This document shows, piece after piece, positions 40,802 through 51,106 of a stretch of 64,000 nt of DNA. The translations under genes were made by a program, and so were the position numbers. Below the pieces are notes generated by a model. It was not told the origin of the DNA and ran no database searches. It saw only the letters and a program-made list of their open reading frames with translations. The stretch comes from an uncultured Chloroflexia bacterium (GTDB taxonomy: Bacteria > Chloroflexota > UBA6077 > JACCZL01), in the NCBI GenBank assembly GCA_963765765.1, contig CAVXYC010000020.1, positions 160,001-224,000 of the forward strand, written 5' to 3'. Each line of letters starts with the position of its first letter. Positions within the stretch are counted from its first letter, which is position 1.

Positions 40802-43027
40802 TTAGTCTTCATCCTCATCGATCCCGCTCGGCCGAACTTCACGTGATTTGCCATCGGCAGAGGCGGCAACGACACCGCGCTCTTCCAACAGATCCACGAG
40901 CCGCGCGGCACGGGGATACCCGATGCCGAGGCGCCGCTGCAGTAGCGAGATCGAGATCTTCTGGTACTGGGAGGCCACCTCGCAGGCGCGCTCGTACATA
41001 TCATCAGTTGAATCTTCGGCCTCCGGCTGACCGAGCGTCTGAAGCTCCTGCACTTCTTCCTGCGTAAAGCGTGGCATCCCCTGGGTGCGCCAGTGTTTCA
41101 CCAGAGACTGAATCTCATCATCTGAGACATACGCGCCCTGGACGCGGATCGGCTTGCCCTGATCCTGAGGCATAAAGAGCGCATCGCCGCGTCCGAGCAG
41201 CTTTTCCGCTCCGCCCATGTCCAGGATGACGCGAGAGTCCACCTGTGATGTGACAGCAAAGGCAACCCGCGTTGGGAAGTTGGCTTTAATTAACCCTGTC
41301 AAAACGTCCACGGACGGTCGCTGCGTCGCTACAACCAGATGAATACCGGTGGCGCGTGCAAGCTGTGCCAGTCGACAGAGGTTCTTTTCCACCTCATCGG
41401 GCGCGGTCATCATCATGTCTGCCAATTCGTCGATGACGACGACGAGATACGGCATCTTCTTTTGAGTCGGTTCATCCGCGATCTTGGAGTTATAGGTATC
41501 GATATTGCGCGAGGCATGCTGCACGAAGAGGGCGTAGCGCCGCTCCATCTCGCGAACCACCCACTTGAGCGCACCCACCACTCTGTCCATGTCCGTGACC
41601 ACAGGCATCCGAAGATGGGGTATCCCGTTGAAACCAACGAGCTCAACCATCTTCGGGTCGATCATCACGAAGTTCAGCTCGTCAGGCGACGACTGATAGA
41701 TCAGCGACGCGATGATGGAGTTGATACAGACACTCTTCCCCGCGCCCGTAGCACCAGCAATGAGCAAGTGAGGCATCTTGCCCAAGTCGCCCACAACGGG
41801 CTTGCCAGTAACGTCCTGACCCAGCGCAAGGCGCAGTCGGGATTTCTGATTCACGAACTGTGGCGCCTCGAAGATATCGCGAATGTTGACCGAGGCCACC
41901 GTGGCGTTCGGCGCCTCGATGCCAACCATACGCTTGCCAGGCACGGGTGCTTCCAGCCGAATAGGTGATGCTCCGATTCGCAACGCAAGGTCGTTCCCAC
42001 GAGCCAGGATCCGATTCACTGCCACGCCGGGAGCGGGCTCCAGGCCGAACTGTGTCACCGTCGGGCCCTGGTGAACCTCCACGACTTTAGCTTCGATATT
42101 GAAGCTCATCAGTGTCTCTTCAATGATCTTCGCGCGTTCACGAATCTCGATCTCCGAGAGGACGCCGCCCTTGGATGGCTGGAAGAGGCTGATGGGCGGA
42201 AGCTTCCAGACGCCGGGAGGCGGTGGCTCCGTCAGCTCGTCGAGCACCGGTTCCACAACTTCAGGGAGGGGCTCAGGCACGGGCACGGTCGCAGCTCGCA
42301 AGACCGCTTGCGGGATTCGCACTTTGTGCGCTTGCCGCGTGCCGTGGATCTCCATCTTTGGACGGTTCATCCGCTCGTACACTTTGACGTAGGCCCATCG
42401 GGATGCCGTCCAGGTGAGCCTGCAGATCCCGGCGAACGCCCTGAACATAAGCTCAGCGGCATAAGCTAGAAAGCGCGCGACATCGGCCGTCTGCTTGTCG
42501 AGAGCCATGATCGAGCCGAGAATGAGACTTCCCAGCAGAACGGCCGTTGCCCCCGCGAAGCCGAGCATTTCCGAAAGTCCAGCGCGCAGAGCATGACCAA
42601 ATTGACCGCCGCCCTCATGAGCCGCGGCGCGAACCGCCGGCTCCGCATCGCCCCATGGAAGCATGTGCGCCAGGCCGATGCACGCGAGCGAGGCGAGTGC
42701 CCCACCCACAATGCGACTTCGCGGAAACGGAGCTTTGGTCTGCACTCCGTACCAGACTCTCAGAGCCGCGATGAGAAGCATCCAACCTGGCGCAAGCGCC
42801 GCGCACCAGCCCAGATACTGAGTCATCCGAAAATGGAGGGGGGCCGTGACCGTACCGTCCGGGAAGACTAGCGACACTGCCGCCAGTAGCCCGAGAAGGA
42901 ACAGCAGCCCAACGACAACGTCCCGTGCGACGGCGGGCTTCCAGAGGCCCGCGGGAAGCTGAAAGAGCGGAGCGTGGGATGTGGAGCGGGATGAGCGACG
43001 GCTGGATCGTGCCGCGGTTGCTGCCAT
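40802..43027 (-). CDS. ftsK: DNA translocase FtsK
   Basis: N-terminal TMs, PHLLIAGATGAGKS, IDELAD, ATQRPS, GAEKLLGRGD and gamma domain LQRRLGIGYPRAAR. Confidence 0.97.
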   Translation of the reverse strand: MAATAARSSRRSSRSTSHAPLFQLPAGLWKPAVARDVVVGLLFLLGLLAAVSLVFPDGTVTAPLHFRMTQYLGWCAALAPGWMLLIAALRVWYGVQTKAPFPRSRIVGGALASLACIGLAHMLPWGDAEPAVRAAAHEGGGQFGHALRAGLSEMLGFAGATAVLLGSLILGSIMALDKQTADVARFLAYAAELMFRAFAGICRLTWTASRWAYVKVYERMNRPKMEIHGTRQAHKVRIPQAVLRAATVPVPEPLPEVVEPVLDELTEPPPPGVWKLPPISLFQPSKGGVLSEIEIRERAKIIEETLMSFNIEAKVVEVHQGPTVTQFGLEPAPGVAVNRILARGNDLALRIGASPIRLEAPVPGKRMVGIEAPNATVASVNIRDIFEAPQFVNQKSRLRLALGQDVTGKPVVGDLGKMPHLLIAGATGAGKSVCINSIIASLIYQSSPDELNFVMIDPKMVELVGFNGIPHLRMPVVTDMDRVVGALKWVVREMERRYALFVQHASRNIDTYNSKIADEPTQKKMPYLVVVIDELADMMMTAPDEVEKNLCRLAQLARATGIHLVVATQRPSVDVLTGLIKANFPTRVAFAVTSQVDSRVILDMGGAEKLLGRGDALFMPQDQGKPIRVQGAYVSDDEIQSLVKHWRTQGMPRFTQEEVQELQTLGQPEAEDSTDDMYERACEVASQYQKISISLLQRRLGIGYPRAARLVDLLEERGVVAASADGKSREVRPSGIDEDED

Positions 43028-43656
43028 CAGGAAAACAGATCCAATTGCGTCGCCTGGGGATCAGGCGGAGGAGGCGGAGCCGATTTCTCACGCTCGGTGC
43101 GCCCTTTTTCCAGGAGACTCGCAATGAGTCGGAAGTCCTCATCGACCGTTTTGCGGAGACCCGGCATTCTCAAAATTGCCGCTGGATGATACGTGGGCAT
43201 AACCATCATGCCACCAACCTTTACTGCCTTACCGTGCATATCGCGCATGGCCTTTGGAGGGAAGAACCGCGCGGATGAATGACGACCAAGCGTCACCGCA
43301 ACGATCGGATTGATAATTGCGAGCTGCCGATCGAGATACGGTCGGCATGCCGCGACCTCCTCTGGTAACGGATCCCGGTTATTGGGCGGCCGACACTTCA
43401 GCACGTTGGCGATGAACACATCCGAGCGCTTCATGCCGATCCCGGCTAATAGCTCCTCCAGAAGGTGGCCGGCCTGGCCCACGAATGGCAGACCGCGCTC
43501 GTTCTCCCAATAACCGGGAGCTTCACCGATGAACATGACCTCGGCATTCGCGGGGCCATCGCCCGGGACGGCCAGCTTGCGCGTTTGCGCCAGAGAGCAC
43601 AGCGGGCAGACACGCACCTCGGCGTGTACCGCCTCAAGCTCAGGATTGGTGACCAA
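43027..43656 (-). CDS. Uracil-DNA glycosylase family 4
   Basis: CPLC, GEAPG, PFVGQAG, KCRPPNNRDP and YHPAA. GGAGG RBS before TTG. Confidence 0.95.
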   Translation of the reverse strand: MVTNPELEAVHAEVRVCPLCSLAQTRKLAVPGDGPANAEVMFIGEAPGYWENERGLPFVGQAGHLLEELLAGIGMKRSDVFIANVLKCRPPNNRDPLPEEVAACRPYLDRQLAIINPIVAVTLGRHSSARFFPPKAMRDMHGKAVKVGGMMVMPTYHPAAILRMPGLRKTVDEDFRLIASLLEKGRTEREKSAPPPPPDPQATQLDLFS

Positions 43657-43847
43657 CTGAATCCTCCGCCCCTCAGGCGATCCTAGCACCCGATTTCCGG
43701 AAGGGGCAATTGACCTCAAGGGGGTGCGTACGTATCCTTCCGGCATTGTTCCTTACTTGTAATGCACCGGGGACATTGGGCGCGGCTTAATCATGATGAA
43801 TGATTGGTCCACCGATCTTAGATTGAAGATCGGACTGCATTGGAGAT

Positions 43848-45038
43848 ATGTTGAGCGGCTTACTTGGCGGCGTTGAAGTTATCGATCTCACCCGGGCACT
43901 TGCCGGCCCGTACTGCACGGTCATGCTTGGCGATATGGGGGCCGAAGTCATCAAAGTAGAGCAGCCCGGAAGCGGCGATGAGTCGCGTGGCTGGGGGCCG
44001 CCCTTTGTAGAGGGTGAGAGCTCCTACTTTATGACGATCAACCGCAACAAACGGAGCATGACCCTCAATCTCAAGCACGAGGAAGGCCTAGAGATTTTGC
44101 GCAAACTGGTCCGCCGAGCGGACGTCCTGGTGGAGAACTTTCGTCCTGGAACGATGGACCGGTTGGGCCTCGGCTACGATGCTGCTCGCGACTTGAATCC
44201 TGGCCTCGTGTACTGTTCCATTTCTGGCTTCGGTCAGGACGGCCCCCGCGCGCATCTACCAGCTTACGATCAGATTCTTCAGGGCATGGGCGGCGTCATG
44301 AGCCTTACCGGCCCTGTGGAAGGTCCGCCCAGCAAGTTCGGCATTCCTATCGGTGACATTGGCGCGGGCATGTTTGCCGCTTTCGCCATCGCGTCCGCCC
44401 TATTCGAGCGCGAACGCGCGGGGCACGGATCGTACATCGATACGTCGATGCTCGGTGGCCAGGTTGCGCTACTCACGTTTCAGGCTGGACGCTACTTTGC
44501 CACGGGCACAGCGCCCGGACTCGGCGGGAATCGCCACCCGTCTATCGCCCCGTACGAGACCTTCATCACGTCCGACGGTTATGTCAACATTGCGTGTGGG
44601 ACGGAGCGCATGTGGCGTCAGTTTTGTGAGGCCATGGGCCTGGACGATCTTCTCCAGGACGAGCGATTTAGCAAGAACACGGATCGCGTTCAGAATCGAG
44701 AGCCGCTCAGCTCACGCATTGAAAATCTCACGCGCACGCTGACAACTCAGGAAATCGTAGATCGGCTCGAAGCCGTGGAAGTGCCCTGCGGGCCGATCTA
44801 CACGCTGGATGGCGTCTTCAACGATCCTCAAACAAAGCATCTCGGTCTGCGGCAACATTTCACGCATCCGAAAGCGGGAGAATTTGACACAACCGGATTC
44901 CCGTACCGCATCAAGGACAAGCCGCTCGACGTTCGGTATCCGCCTCCGTTACTCGGCGAGCAAACGGAGGACATCCTGCGAGGCCTGGGATACGAGTCCG
45001 GGACTATTTCGGAGCTGAAGGAACAAGGCGCGATTTAG
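43848..45038 (+). CDS. CaiB/BaiF family III CoA transferase
   Basis: LAGPYC..LGDMGAEVIKVE, NRNKRS and ENFRPG. Confidence 0.95.
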   Translation: MLSGLLGGVEVIDLTRALAGPYCTVMLGDMGAEVIKVEQPGSGDESRGWGPPFVEGESSYFMTINRNKRSMTLNLKHEEGLEILRKLVRRADVLVENFRPGTMDRLGLGYDAARDLNPGLVYCSISGFGQDGPRAHLPAYDQILQGMGGVMSLTGPVEGPPSKFGIPIGDIGAGMFAAFAIASALFERERAGHGSYIDTSMLGGQVALLTFQAGRYFATGTAPGLGGNRHPSIAPYETFITSDGYVNIACGTERMWRQFCEAMGLDDLLQDERFSKNTDRVQNREPLSSRIENLTRTLTTQEIVDRLEAVEVPCGPIYTLDGVFNDPQTKHLGLRQHFTHPKAGEFDTTGFPYRIKDKPLDVRYPPPLLGEQTEDILRGLGYESGTISELKEQGAI

Positions 45039-45045
45039 GTCGATC

Positions 45046-45102
45046 GCGTCCTCGGCTCCCTCACCCCACCCCTCTCCCAAAGGGCGAGGGAGCCGAGGAC
45101 GC
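45046..45102. repeat. Hairpin repeat of the CCCTCACCCC..CCTCTCCC..GGG.GAGGG type
   Basis: GCGTCCTCGGCTCCCTCACCC ... GGGCGAGGGAGCCGAGGACGC. Confidence 0.75.
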
Positions 45103-45109
45103 CGAGTCA

Positions 45110-47155
45110 ATGGAGTCGATGCAGAAAATGCCCGACATTATCCGAACCGTCTGTGCGCACGATTGTCCCGACATGTGTTCCATTTTGGTGCAGGTGGAGG
45201 ATGGTCGCGTTACTCGCGTCCAAGGTGATGCGGATCAGCCTTTTACCGCCGGATTCGTCTGCGGCAAGGTGACGCGAGAGCCTGAGCTTGTTCATTCTCA
45301 CGCCCGACTTGCTCAACCTCTACGGCGGAGTGGCCCGAAAGGCGAAGCGGAATTCGCCTCAATTACGTGGGACGAGGCGCTGGATGAAATCGTTCATCGT
45401 TGGCAGAGCACCATCGACGAGTCCGGTCCCGAAGCGTTGCTCGGATACTGCTACAGCGCCCATCAAGGGCAGTTCAATCGGGGCTTGCCGCTGGCACTAT
45501 TCGATGCGCTTGGCGCCACCAGACTTATCGCCGGGACGGTATGCGACTCGTGCGCGGACGAGGCCTGGGCGTCCACCGTTGGACCTGTTGGCGGCGCGGA
45601 CCCGGAATCGTTAGATGCTTGCGATCTGATCATTTCCTGGGGCGCCGATCTGGTCACCACAAATGTGCACTTCTGGACAAAGGCTCGGACGGCGCGCCGA
45701 AACGGTGCCACACTGATCACAATTGATCCATATCGCAGTCGAACCGCCGCGCAGTCGGACTGGCACATCCAACCCAGGATAGGAAGCGACGCGGCGCTGG
45801 CGTTGGGGGTCATGCACATCTTGGATCGCGACGGGATGACGGACGCGCGGTTCATCGGGGAACGTACCGCTGGATTTGATCGACTTCGAACCGAGTTGCT
45901 GCCGCGGTACACACCCGAACTCGTCGAGCTCGACACGGGCGTGCCGCGACTCGATGTCGAGCGAATCGCTCATCTGTACGGCCATGCCCGCTTACCGTTC
46001 ATTCGAATTGGCCAGGGAATGTCGCGGTCGCTTCAAGGCGGGCAGGCAATTCGAGCCGTGTCACTGATTCCTGGTGTCACGGGAGCATATGGCAGACCCG
46101 GTGCTGGAGCACTGCTGAGCACCACCGCGGCATTCGACTTCGACTACAGTGCAATCCGAGCGCCCTCTGGAAGAGCCGCGCCTCGATCCGTGAATCACTC
46201 GCGCCTGGGTGAGGCACTGCTTGAGATGGGCTCGCCGCCTATTCGCGCGCTCTTTGTCGCCGGAAACAATCCAGCGGTCACCTGCCCCGATGCTGGAGCG
46301 GTCCGCCGGGGTCTCATGCGCGAGGATCTCTTTACCGTGGTCCACGATCCATTCCTATCCGACACAGCGCGCTACGCCGATATCGTGCTGCCCGCGACTA
46401 CCTACCTCGAGACGGACGATTTTTACCGGTCGTACGGAACCTATCGCATGCAGTACGGACCGGCCGCGATCGCTCCCGTCGGTCAAGCATGGTCAAATCG
46501 TCGCCTGGCGCAGGAGCTGGCTGGGCGCATGGGTATCACGGATGCGTTGTTCTCGATGAACACGGAAGAGCTGCTGACGATGCTGATACAGGAGTCCTCG
46601 GCTGGAGGGTCGTACGATGCTGAATGGTTGATGCGCGCCGGCTCGGTGAAGCTCGACGGTCACAATGAAGCCCAACGGTTCGGGACCAGTTCAGGCAAGC
46701 TGGAATTCTGGTCTTCGGACTCCAGCATGGCGGTGGACTGGCGGAAGCCCGCCTTGAAATCGACATCAGATAATGACTGGCCACTCCGATTGTTGACCGC
46801 GCCAGGTTACTTCCAGAGCCACGCGGCATTCGCGGGCAATGGAACCTTGCGTCAAAGAGAAGGCTCGCCCGTCTGCGTCCTACATCCCACGGAAGCAACC
46901 TCACGTGGTCTCAACAGCGGCGATCAGGTGGAGCTTTTCAACTCCCGTGGCGTCGTCACACTCCAGCTCAAGGTCAGTACTGATGCCCCAATCGGCGCAG
47001 CGCTAGTCCCGGGACAGCAACCGGAATATCGCCCAGGTGATGGCGTGATCAACATGCTGTGCTCCTCGGAGTACTCCGATATGGGCGACGGCGCGACGTA
47101 TCAGAGCACCTTCCTGGATGTCCGCGCATCGGCGCGGACCGAACCTCAGTCGTAA
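45110..47155 (+). CDS. Molybdopterin-dependent oxidoreductase
   Basis: CAHDCPDMC...C Fe-S motif, ITWDEALD, DTARYADIVLPAT and a C-terminal dinucleotide-binding domain. Confidence 0.92.
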   Translation: MESMQKMPDIIRTVCAHDCPDMCSILVQVEDGRVTRVQGDADQPFTAGFVCGKVTREPELVHSHARLAQPLRRSGPKGEAEFASITWDEALDEIVHRWQSTIDESGPEALLGYCYSAHQGQFNRGLPLALFDALGATRLIAGTVCDSCADEAWASTVGPVGGADPESLDACDLIISWGADLVTTNVHFWTKARTARRNGATLITIDPYRSRTAAQSDWHIQPRIGSDAALALGVMHILDRDGMTDARFIGERTAGFDRLRTELLPRYTPELVELDTGVPRLDVERIAHLYGHARLPFIRIGQGMSRSLQGGQAIRAVSLIPGVTGAYGRPGAGALLSTTAAFDFDYSAIRAPSGRAAPRSVNHSRLGEALLEMGSPPIRALFVAGNNPAVTCPDAGAVRRGLMREDLFTVVHDPFLSDTARYADIVLPATTYLETDDFYRSYGTYRMQYGPAAIAPVGQAWSNRRLAQELAGRMGITDALFSMNTEELLTMLIQESSAGGSYDAEWLMRAGSVKLDGHNEAQRFGTSSGKLEFWSSDSSMAVDWRKPALKSTSDNDWPLRLLTAPGYFQSHAAFAGNGTLRQREGSPVCVLHPTEATSRGLNSGDQVELFNSRGVVTLQLKVSTDAPIGAALVPGQQPEYRPGDGVINMLCSSEYSDMGDGATYQSTFLDVRASARTEPQS

Positions 47156-47264
47156 TTGCAGATTCCGCTACCCGCCAACAGAGCCGCACCCCGTGAATGT
47201 GCGGTTCCGCCCGCGATCAGCTTCACATCGATTCGCTTTCACCAACCCGTTACCATCTGATCCA

Positions 47265-48554
47265 ATGCGCACCGAACAGGCTGACACCGCCACTGCCGAC
47301 CGATGGGAGGCGCGGCTCCCTTTTTATTACGGCTGGCTGGTGGTAGGCGGCTTGATCGTCATTGGGGCGGTCAACAGCAGTTTCTACTGGCTTCCCCCGC
47401 TCTTCGTGTTACCCATGCAGGAGGAGCTCGGCTGGTCGCGAACATCCATCTTTGCGGCGGTCACCATCCGGGGTCTCATCGGCGCTTTTGTAAGTCCCTT
47501 CTTTGGTCATATGCTGGACCGCCGCGGCGGGGCGATTCGCCTGTCCGCCGCGGCGGCGATTATCGGTGGCCTCTCGACCATGCCGATCGCGTTCGTCCAG
47601 TCCGAATGGCAGTTCATGCTGCTCTTCGGTGTGCTCGGCGGTCTGTCGCAGGTGGGTCAGTCGATTGCGATTCTTGGCGCGGTGCTGCCGCGCTGGTTCG
47701 TGCGCGGCCGTGGCAGTGCCATGGCTACGGCAACAATCGGAATGCCGCTGGGCGCATTTGGGACACCTCTTATTGCGGGCGCTTTGATCGCCTCCCTCGG
47801 GTGGCGAAATGCCTGGATCGCGATGGGACTTCTCATCTTGATCGTCGGGCTGCTGCCATCATTTCTCTTCCATCGTCAGCCCGAAGATGTCGGGCTCCTG
47901 CCAGATGGTGGCTCCAAGGGCTCGAGACACGGTCGGCCGGTAGCGACGCCCGACTTTCCGCGGAGCATCAAGGCCTCTGAGGCCGTCCGGAGTCGAACGT
48001 TCTGGCTTCTGGCGTTAGGCATCTCGGCCGGCACGCTGGCAACTGGAGCCATGCCTGCAACGCTGATCCCCATGTTCGTGGACCACGGCATGGCACTTCC
48101 GCTCGCGGTGCTCGGAGTGAGTCTTCACGGGATCACTTCGCTCGCCACGCGTCCACTCTGGGCGTGGTGCACGCACCGCTTTCATATCAGGCGAATCATT
48201 CTTGCTATTGCCGTATACGGAGCGCTGGCGGCTCCGGCGCCGTTCTTCCTGAGCGGCGATGCGCTCGTCCTCTACGCGGCGATCATCTCCATCAGCATCG
48301 GCGGGCTCACGACCACCAACGCACTAATTTGGCCCGCGTACTTCGGTCGGGCGCACCTAGGCTCCGTCACCGGGTTCGTCCGAACCATGCAGAGCACGAC
48401 TTCCGCGTTTGCGCCGCTCACGATTCCGTTCATCTACGAGCGAATCGGCGACTACGCCCCTGGCATCTGGCTCGTCTCGGCCGCCTGGACAACGCTGGCA
48501 CTCTGCATGCTCCTGGCGGGACGACCGCGAGAGAAGGCATTCGCACCAGACTGA
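47265..48554 (+). CDS. MFS transporter
   Basis: FYYGW, GHMLDRRG, RWFVRGRG, LGWR and YFGR; about 12 TMs. Confidence 0.9.
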   Translation: MRTEQADTATADRWEARLPFYYGWLVVGGLIVIGAVNSSFYWLPPLFVLPMQEELGWSRTSIFAAVTIRGLIGAFVSPFFGHMLDRRGGAIRLSAAAAIIGGLSTMPIAFVQSEWQFMLLFGVLGGLSQVGQSIAILGAVLPRWFVRGRGSAMATATIGMPLGAFGTPLIAGALIASLGWRNAWIAMGLLILIVGLLPSFLFHRQPEDVGLLPDGGSKGSRHGRPVATPDFPRSIKASEAVRSRTFWLLALGISAGTLATGAMPATLIPMFVDHGMALPLAVLGVSLHGITSLATRPLWAWCTHRFHIRRIILAIAVYGALAAPAPFFLSGDALVLYAAIISISIGGLTTTNALIWPAYFGRAHLGSVTGFVRTMQSTTSAFAPLTIPFIYERIGDYAPGIWLVSAAWTTLALCMLLAGRPREKAFAPD

Positions 48555-48659
48555 CCTTTGGTCCGCGGCGGTCTTCGCCGCTTTTGAGCCGGCTGAAGGC
48601 CTACTGCGGAGGCGCTCCGCGCTGGTCAAAAGCGGCAAAGACCGCCGCAGTCCAAAGGT
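48554..48659. repeat. REP-like inverted repeat (GG.CTGCGGCGGTCTT family)
   Basis: ACCTTTGGTCCGCGGCGGTCTTCGCCGCTTTTGA ... TCAAAAGCGGCAAAGACCGCCGCAGTCCAAAGGT. Confidence 0.85.
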
Positions 48660-48725
48660 AGGCTCGAGCATTTCGCCTGAATGTCCGTACGCCATTTATG
48701 ATGAAACCATAGGAATTCCCGTGCA

Positions 48726-49856
48726 ATGAATCACGTCAGAACGGAGATACACAAAGAACCATCGAATCTCAAGGAGATTCGCGAACGCTACTGCCGCGAA
48801 CAGTCCAGCGCCGAGGCGATTCGAGCGTTGGCTGACCGGGAGCCGAATCAACGGCACGCACGGCGACTGCGCCGGATCGCAGATTTGGAGCAGCAGCAAG
48901 CTGACCACTGGCTGGAGAAGCTACCCGAGAAGCACCGGGAGCCACGACCGGATGTCTGCGTCCCTGACCGCATTCTGATGACCGCCGGACAGGTAGCTGG
49001 GAATCGGTCAGTCATTCCTGCTATCGCCGCATCGGCCGCGCGTCAGCTCGCGGAGTACGAACGCAGCGGAGTGGACGAGCAAATCCTGGCGCTCGAGCGT
49101 GCGGTGGCCCTCGAAGCCGCGGAGCTCGCGGGAGAGCTCAACGGCCCGATCGACGTCGCTCGTGACCATCGGCGTCAAACCGCCGCCAACGGAAGTCTAC
49201 GAGCCGCTGTATTCGGTGTGAATGACGGACTGGTATCAAACCTGAGCTTGGTGATGGGCGTCGCCGGCGCCGCACCCGGGGCTAATGTCATCTTGCTCGC
49301 GGGCTTTGCCGGCCTACTGGCCGGCGCCTTCTCCATGGCAGCCGGTGAGTACATCTCGATGCTCTCGCAACGTGAGCTTCTCGAGCGCCAACTGGAGATC
49401 GAGCGGGAGCATATCCGACGCGCCCCCGACGAGGAGCGTCGGCTACTGGCGGACAGGTACACGGCCCGAGGGCTCACGGAAGCGCAAGCAGGGACCATCG
49501 CGGGACGAATTCTGGATGACCCAGACCAGGCGCTTGACGTGATCGCTCGGGAGCAGCTTGGCCTAGATCCAGAAGACCTGGGCTCCCCAATCTCGGCGGC
49601 TATCGCGTCATTCGCTTCCTTCGGCATCGGTGCAATCATTCCGATTCTCCCATTCATCACGCTGACCGGGATCAACGCCGCCATTGTCAGCGCCGTCATG
49701 TCCGTGACGGCCCTCTTCATGGTCGGCTGGGCAGTGGCGCACTTCACCGGCCGCTCCTGGATCGTTAGCGCGCTACGCATGGTCGGAATTGGGACTGCCG
49801 CTGCCGCGATCACATTCGCGATTGGGCGCGCTGTGGGCGTCAATTTAGGCGGTTAG
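48726..49856 (+). CDS. VIT1/CCC1 transporter with an N-terminal rubrerythrin-like region
   Basis: LRAAVFGVNDGLVSN and AGAFSMAAGEYIS. Confidence 0.93.
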   Translation: MNHVRTEIHKEPSNLKEIRERYCREQSSAEAIRALADREPNQRHARRLRRIADLEQQQADHWLEKLPEKHREPRPDVCVPDRILMTAGQVAGNRSVIPAIAASAARQLAEYERSGVDEQILALERAVALEAAELAGELNGPIDVARDHRRQTAANGSLRAAVFGVNDGLVSNLSLVMGVAGAAPGANVILLAGFAGLLAGAFSMAAGEYISMLSQRELLERQLEIEREHIRRAPDEERRLLADRYTARGLTEAQAGTIAGRILDDPDQALDVIAREQLGLDPEDLGSPISAAIASFASFGIGAIIPILPFITLTGINAAIVSAVMSVTALFMVGWAVAHFTGRSWIVSALRMVGIGTAAAAITFAIGRAVGVNLGG

Positions 49857-49873
49857 GAAAGTAAAACGCGCCA

Positions 49874-49974
49874 CTCACCGCCAGCCGTAGAGGGCCTGTG
49901 TCCGCCGTCGAGTACTGATGTCGTTGTATTCTAGGACCGGCGGACACGGAGGCCCGTCACGCTCCGGCGGTGAG
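49874..49974. repeat. Imperfect REP-like inverted repeat
   Basis: CTCACCGCC..GGGCCTGTGTCCGCCG ... CGGCGGACACGGAGGCCC..GGCGGTGAG. Confidence 0.65.
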
Positions 49975-49990
49975 GTCCTTATTCGCAGTA

Positions 49991-51106
49991 CTAGTGTCCG
50001 CCTGCCGGGACGTGCCGCGACATCTCGATCGCATTCCGTACAAGCGCGGCGTACCGATACACCACGTGGGCGAACTTGCCGTACGGGAACGTCAGGAAGA
50101 GCCCGGCCACGATCCCTAGATGCATCACCAGCAGGATTCCCATAGCTGCTGTATCCCGAAGTATCAAGAGGACGAGGCCGGAGACAGACGTCAGCAGCAG
50201 CATCCAGATGAAGGTTAGGTCCATCTCGAACATCTCGCCGACCACCGGATCGCGATCGCTCTTCCATTTCAGACCGAGCAGGCCGACGCAGCCGGCAACC
50301 AGCATCACGCCACCAACCGTTCCCAGGATCACAACCGGGTGCAGCACGGGATATGGCGCCGGGGAGTGCAGGAAATGATCGTAGATTGCAGCCAGCGTTG
50401 TAGATGCCAAATCGAGCAAAAAGCCGAAGACGACCAACTGGTGATAGACACGCCGACTCTTTGAGAAACGATCGTCAGGGTAATTGCACCCATACCCGCC
50501 ACCGGCCATATATCGAAGGCCGAGCGCATCCGTGCTTGCCTTGCTCAGCGCCGAGATACTGACCATCTGATTGAGCGATCCGTGCGTGTCCTTCCAGAAC
50601 TTTGAAGCTCCAATTAGGAACACCACGAAGCCATAGAGCAAGATGATGCTCGGCGGAATCACCATGACAATGTACGGCACCACTCGGTAAAACGAGCCCT
50701 CGCCAATGTGAGCGGTGCTCAGGACGCCAGCTCCCTGGAACATCACCACGTACGCTAGGAGCATGACGGTGGCGATCACCGTGACGAGCGCGACCCCGGG
50801 GCCATTTTTCCCGAATAACCGCGAAAACATGGCCGGCCAGGCGTACTCACGATACGTGTCCGCTCGAATCTGCGAAAACGTCTTCGGTACGTTGATCCCC
50901 CACTCGTGCGGTGGAGCAAATTGGCAAGCGTAGAAACACGCTCGACAATCGAAACAGAGATTGGCGAGGTGCAGTAGGTCGCCTTTGTCAAATTTGGTGC
51001 GTAGCTCCATAGCCGGGAAGACGGCGCAAAAGCCTTCGCAATAGCGACAGGCATTGCAGATCGTCATCTCCTGCTCGGCCTTCTTTAATAACTCAAGAGC
51101 GGGCAT
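49991..51106 (-). CDS. tcuB: Tricarballylate utilization 4Fe-4S membrane protein
   Basis: ICNACRYCEGFCAVFPAME, CFDCRACFYACQFAPPH and PYGKFAH. Confidence 0.93.
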   Translation of the reverse strand: MPALELLKKAEQEMTICNACRYCEGFCAVFPAMELRTKFDKGDLLHLANLCFDCRACFYACQFAPPHEWGINVPKTFSQIRADTYREYAWPAMFSRLFGKNGPGVALVTVIATVMLLAYVVMFQGAGVLSTAHIGEGSFYRVVPYIVMVIPPSIILLYGFVVFLIGASKFWKDTHGSLNQMVSISALSKASTDALGLRYMAGGGYGCNYPDDRFSKSRRVYHQLVVFGFLLDLASTTLAAIYDHFLHSPAPYPVLHPVVILGTVGGVMLVAGCVGLLGLKWKSDRDPVVGEMFEMDLTFIWMLLLTSVSGLVLLILRDTAAMGILLVMHLGIVAGLFLTFPYGKFAHVVYRYAALVRNAIEMSRHVPAGGH

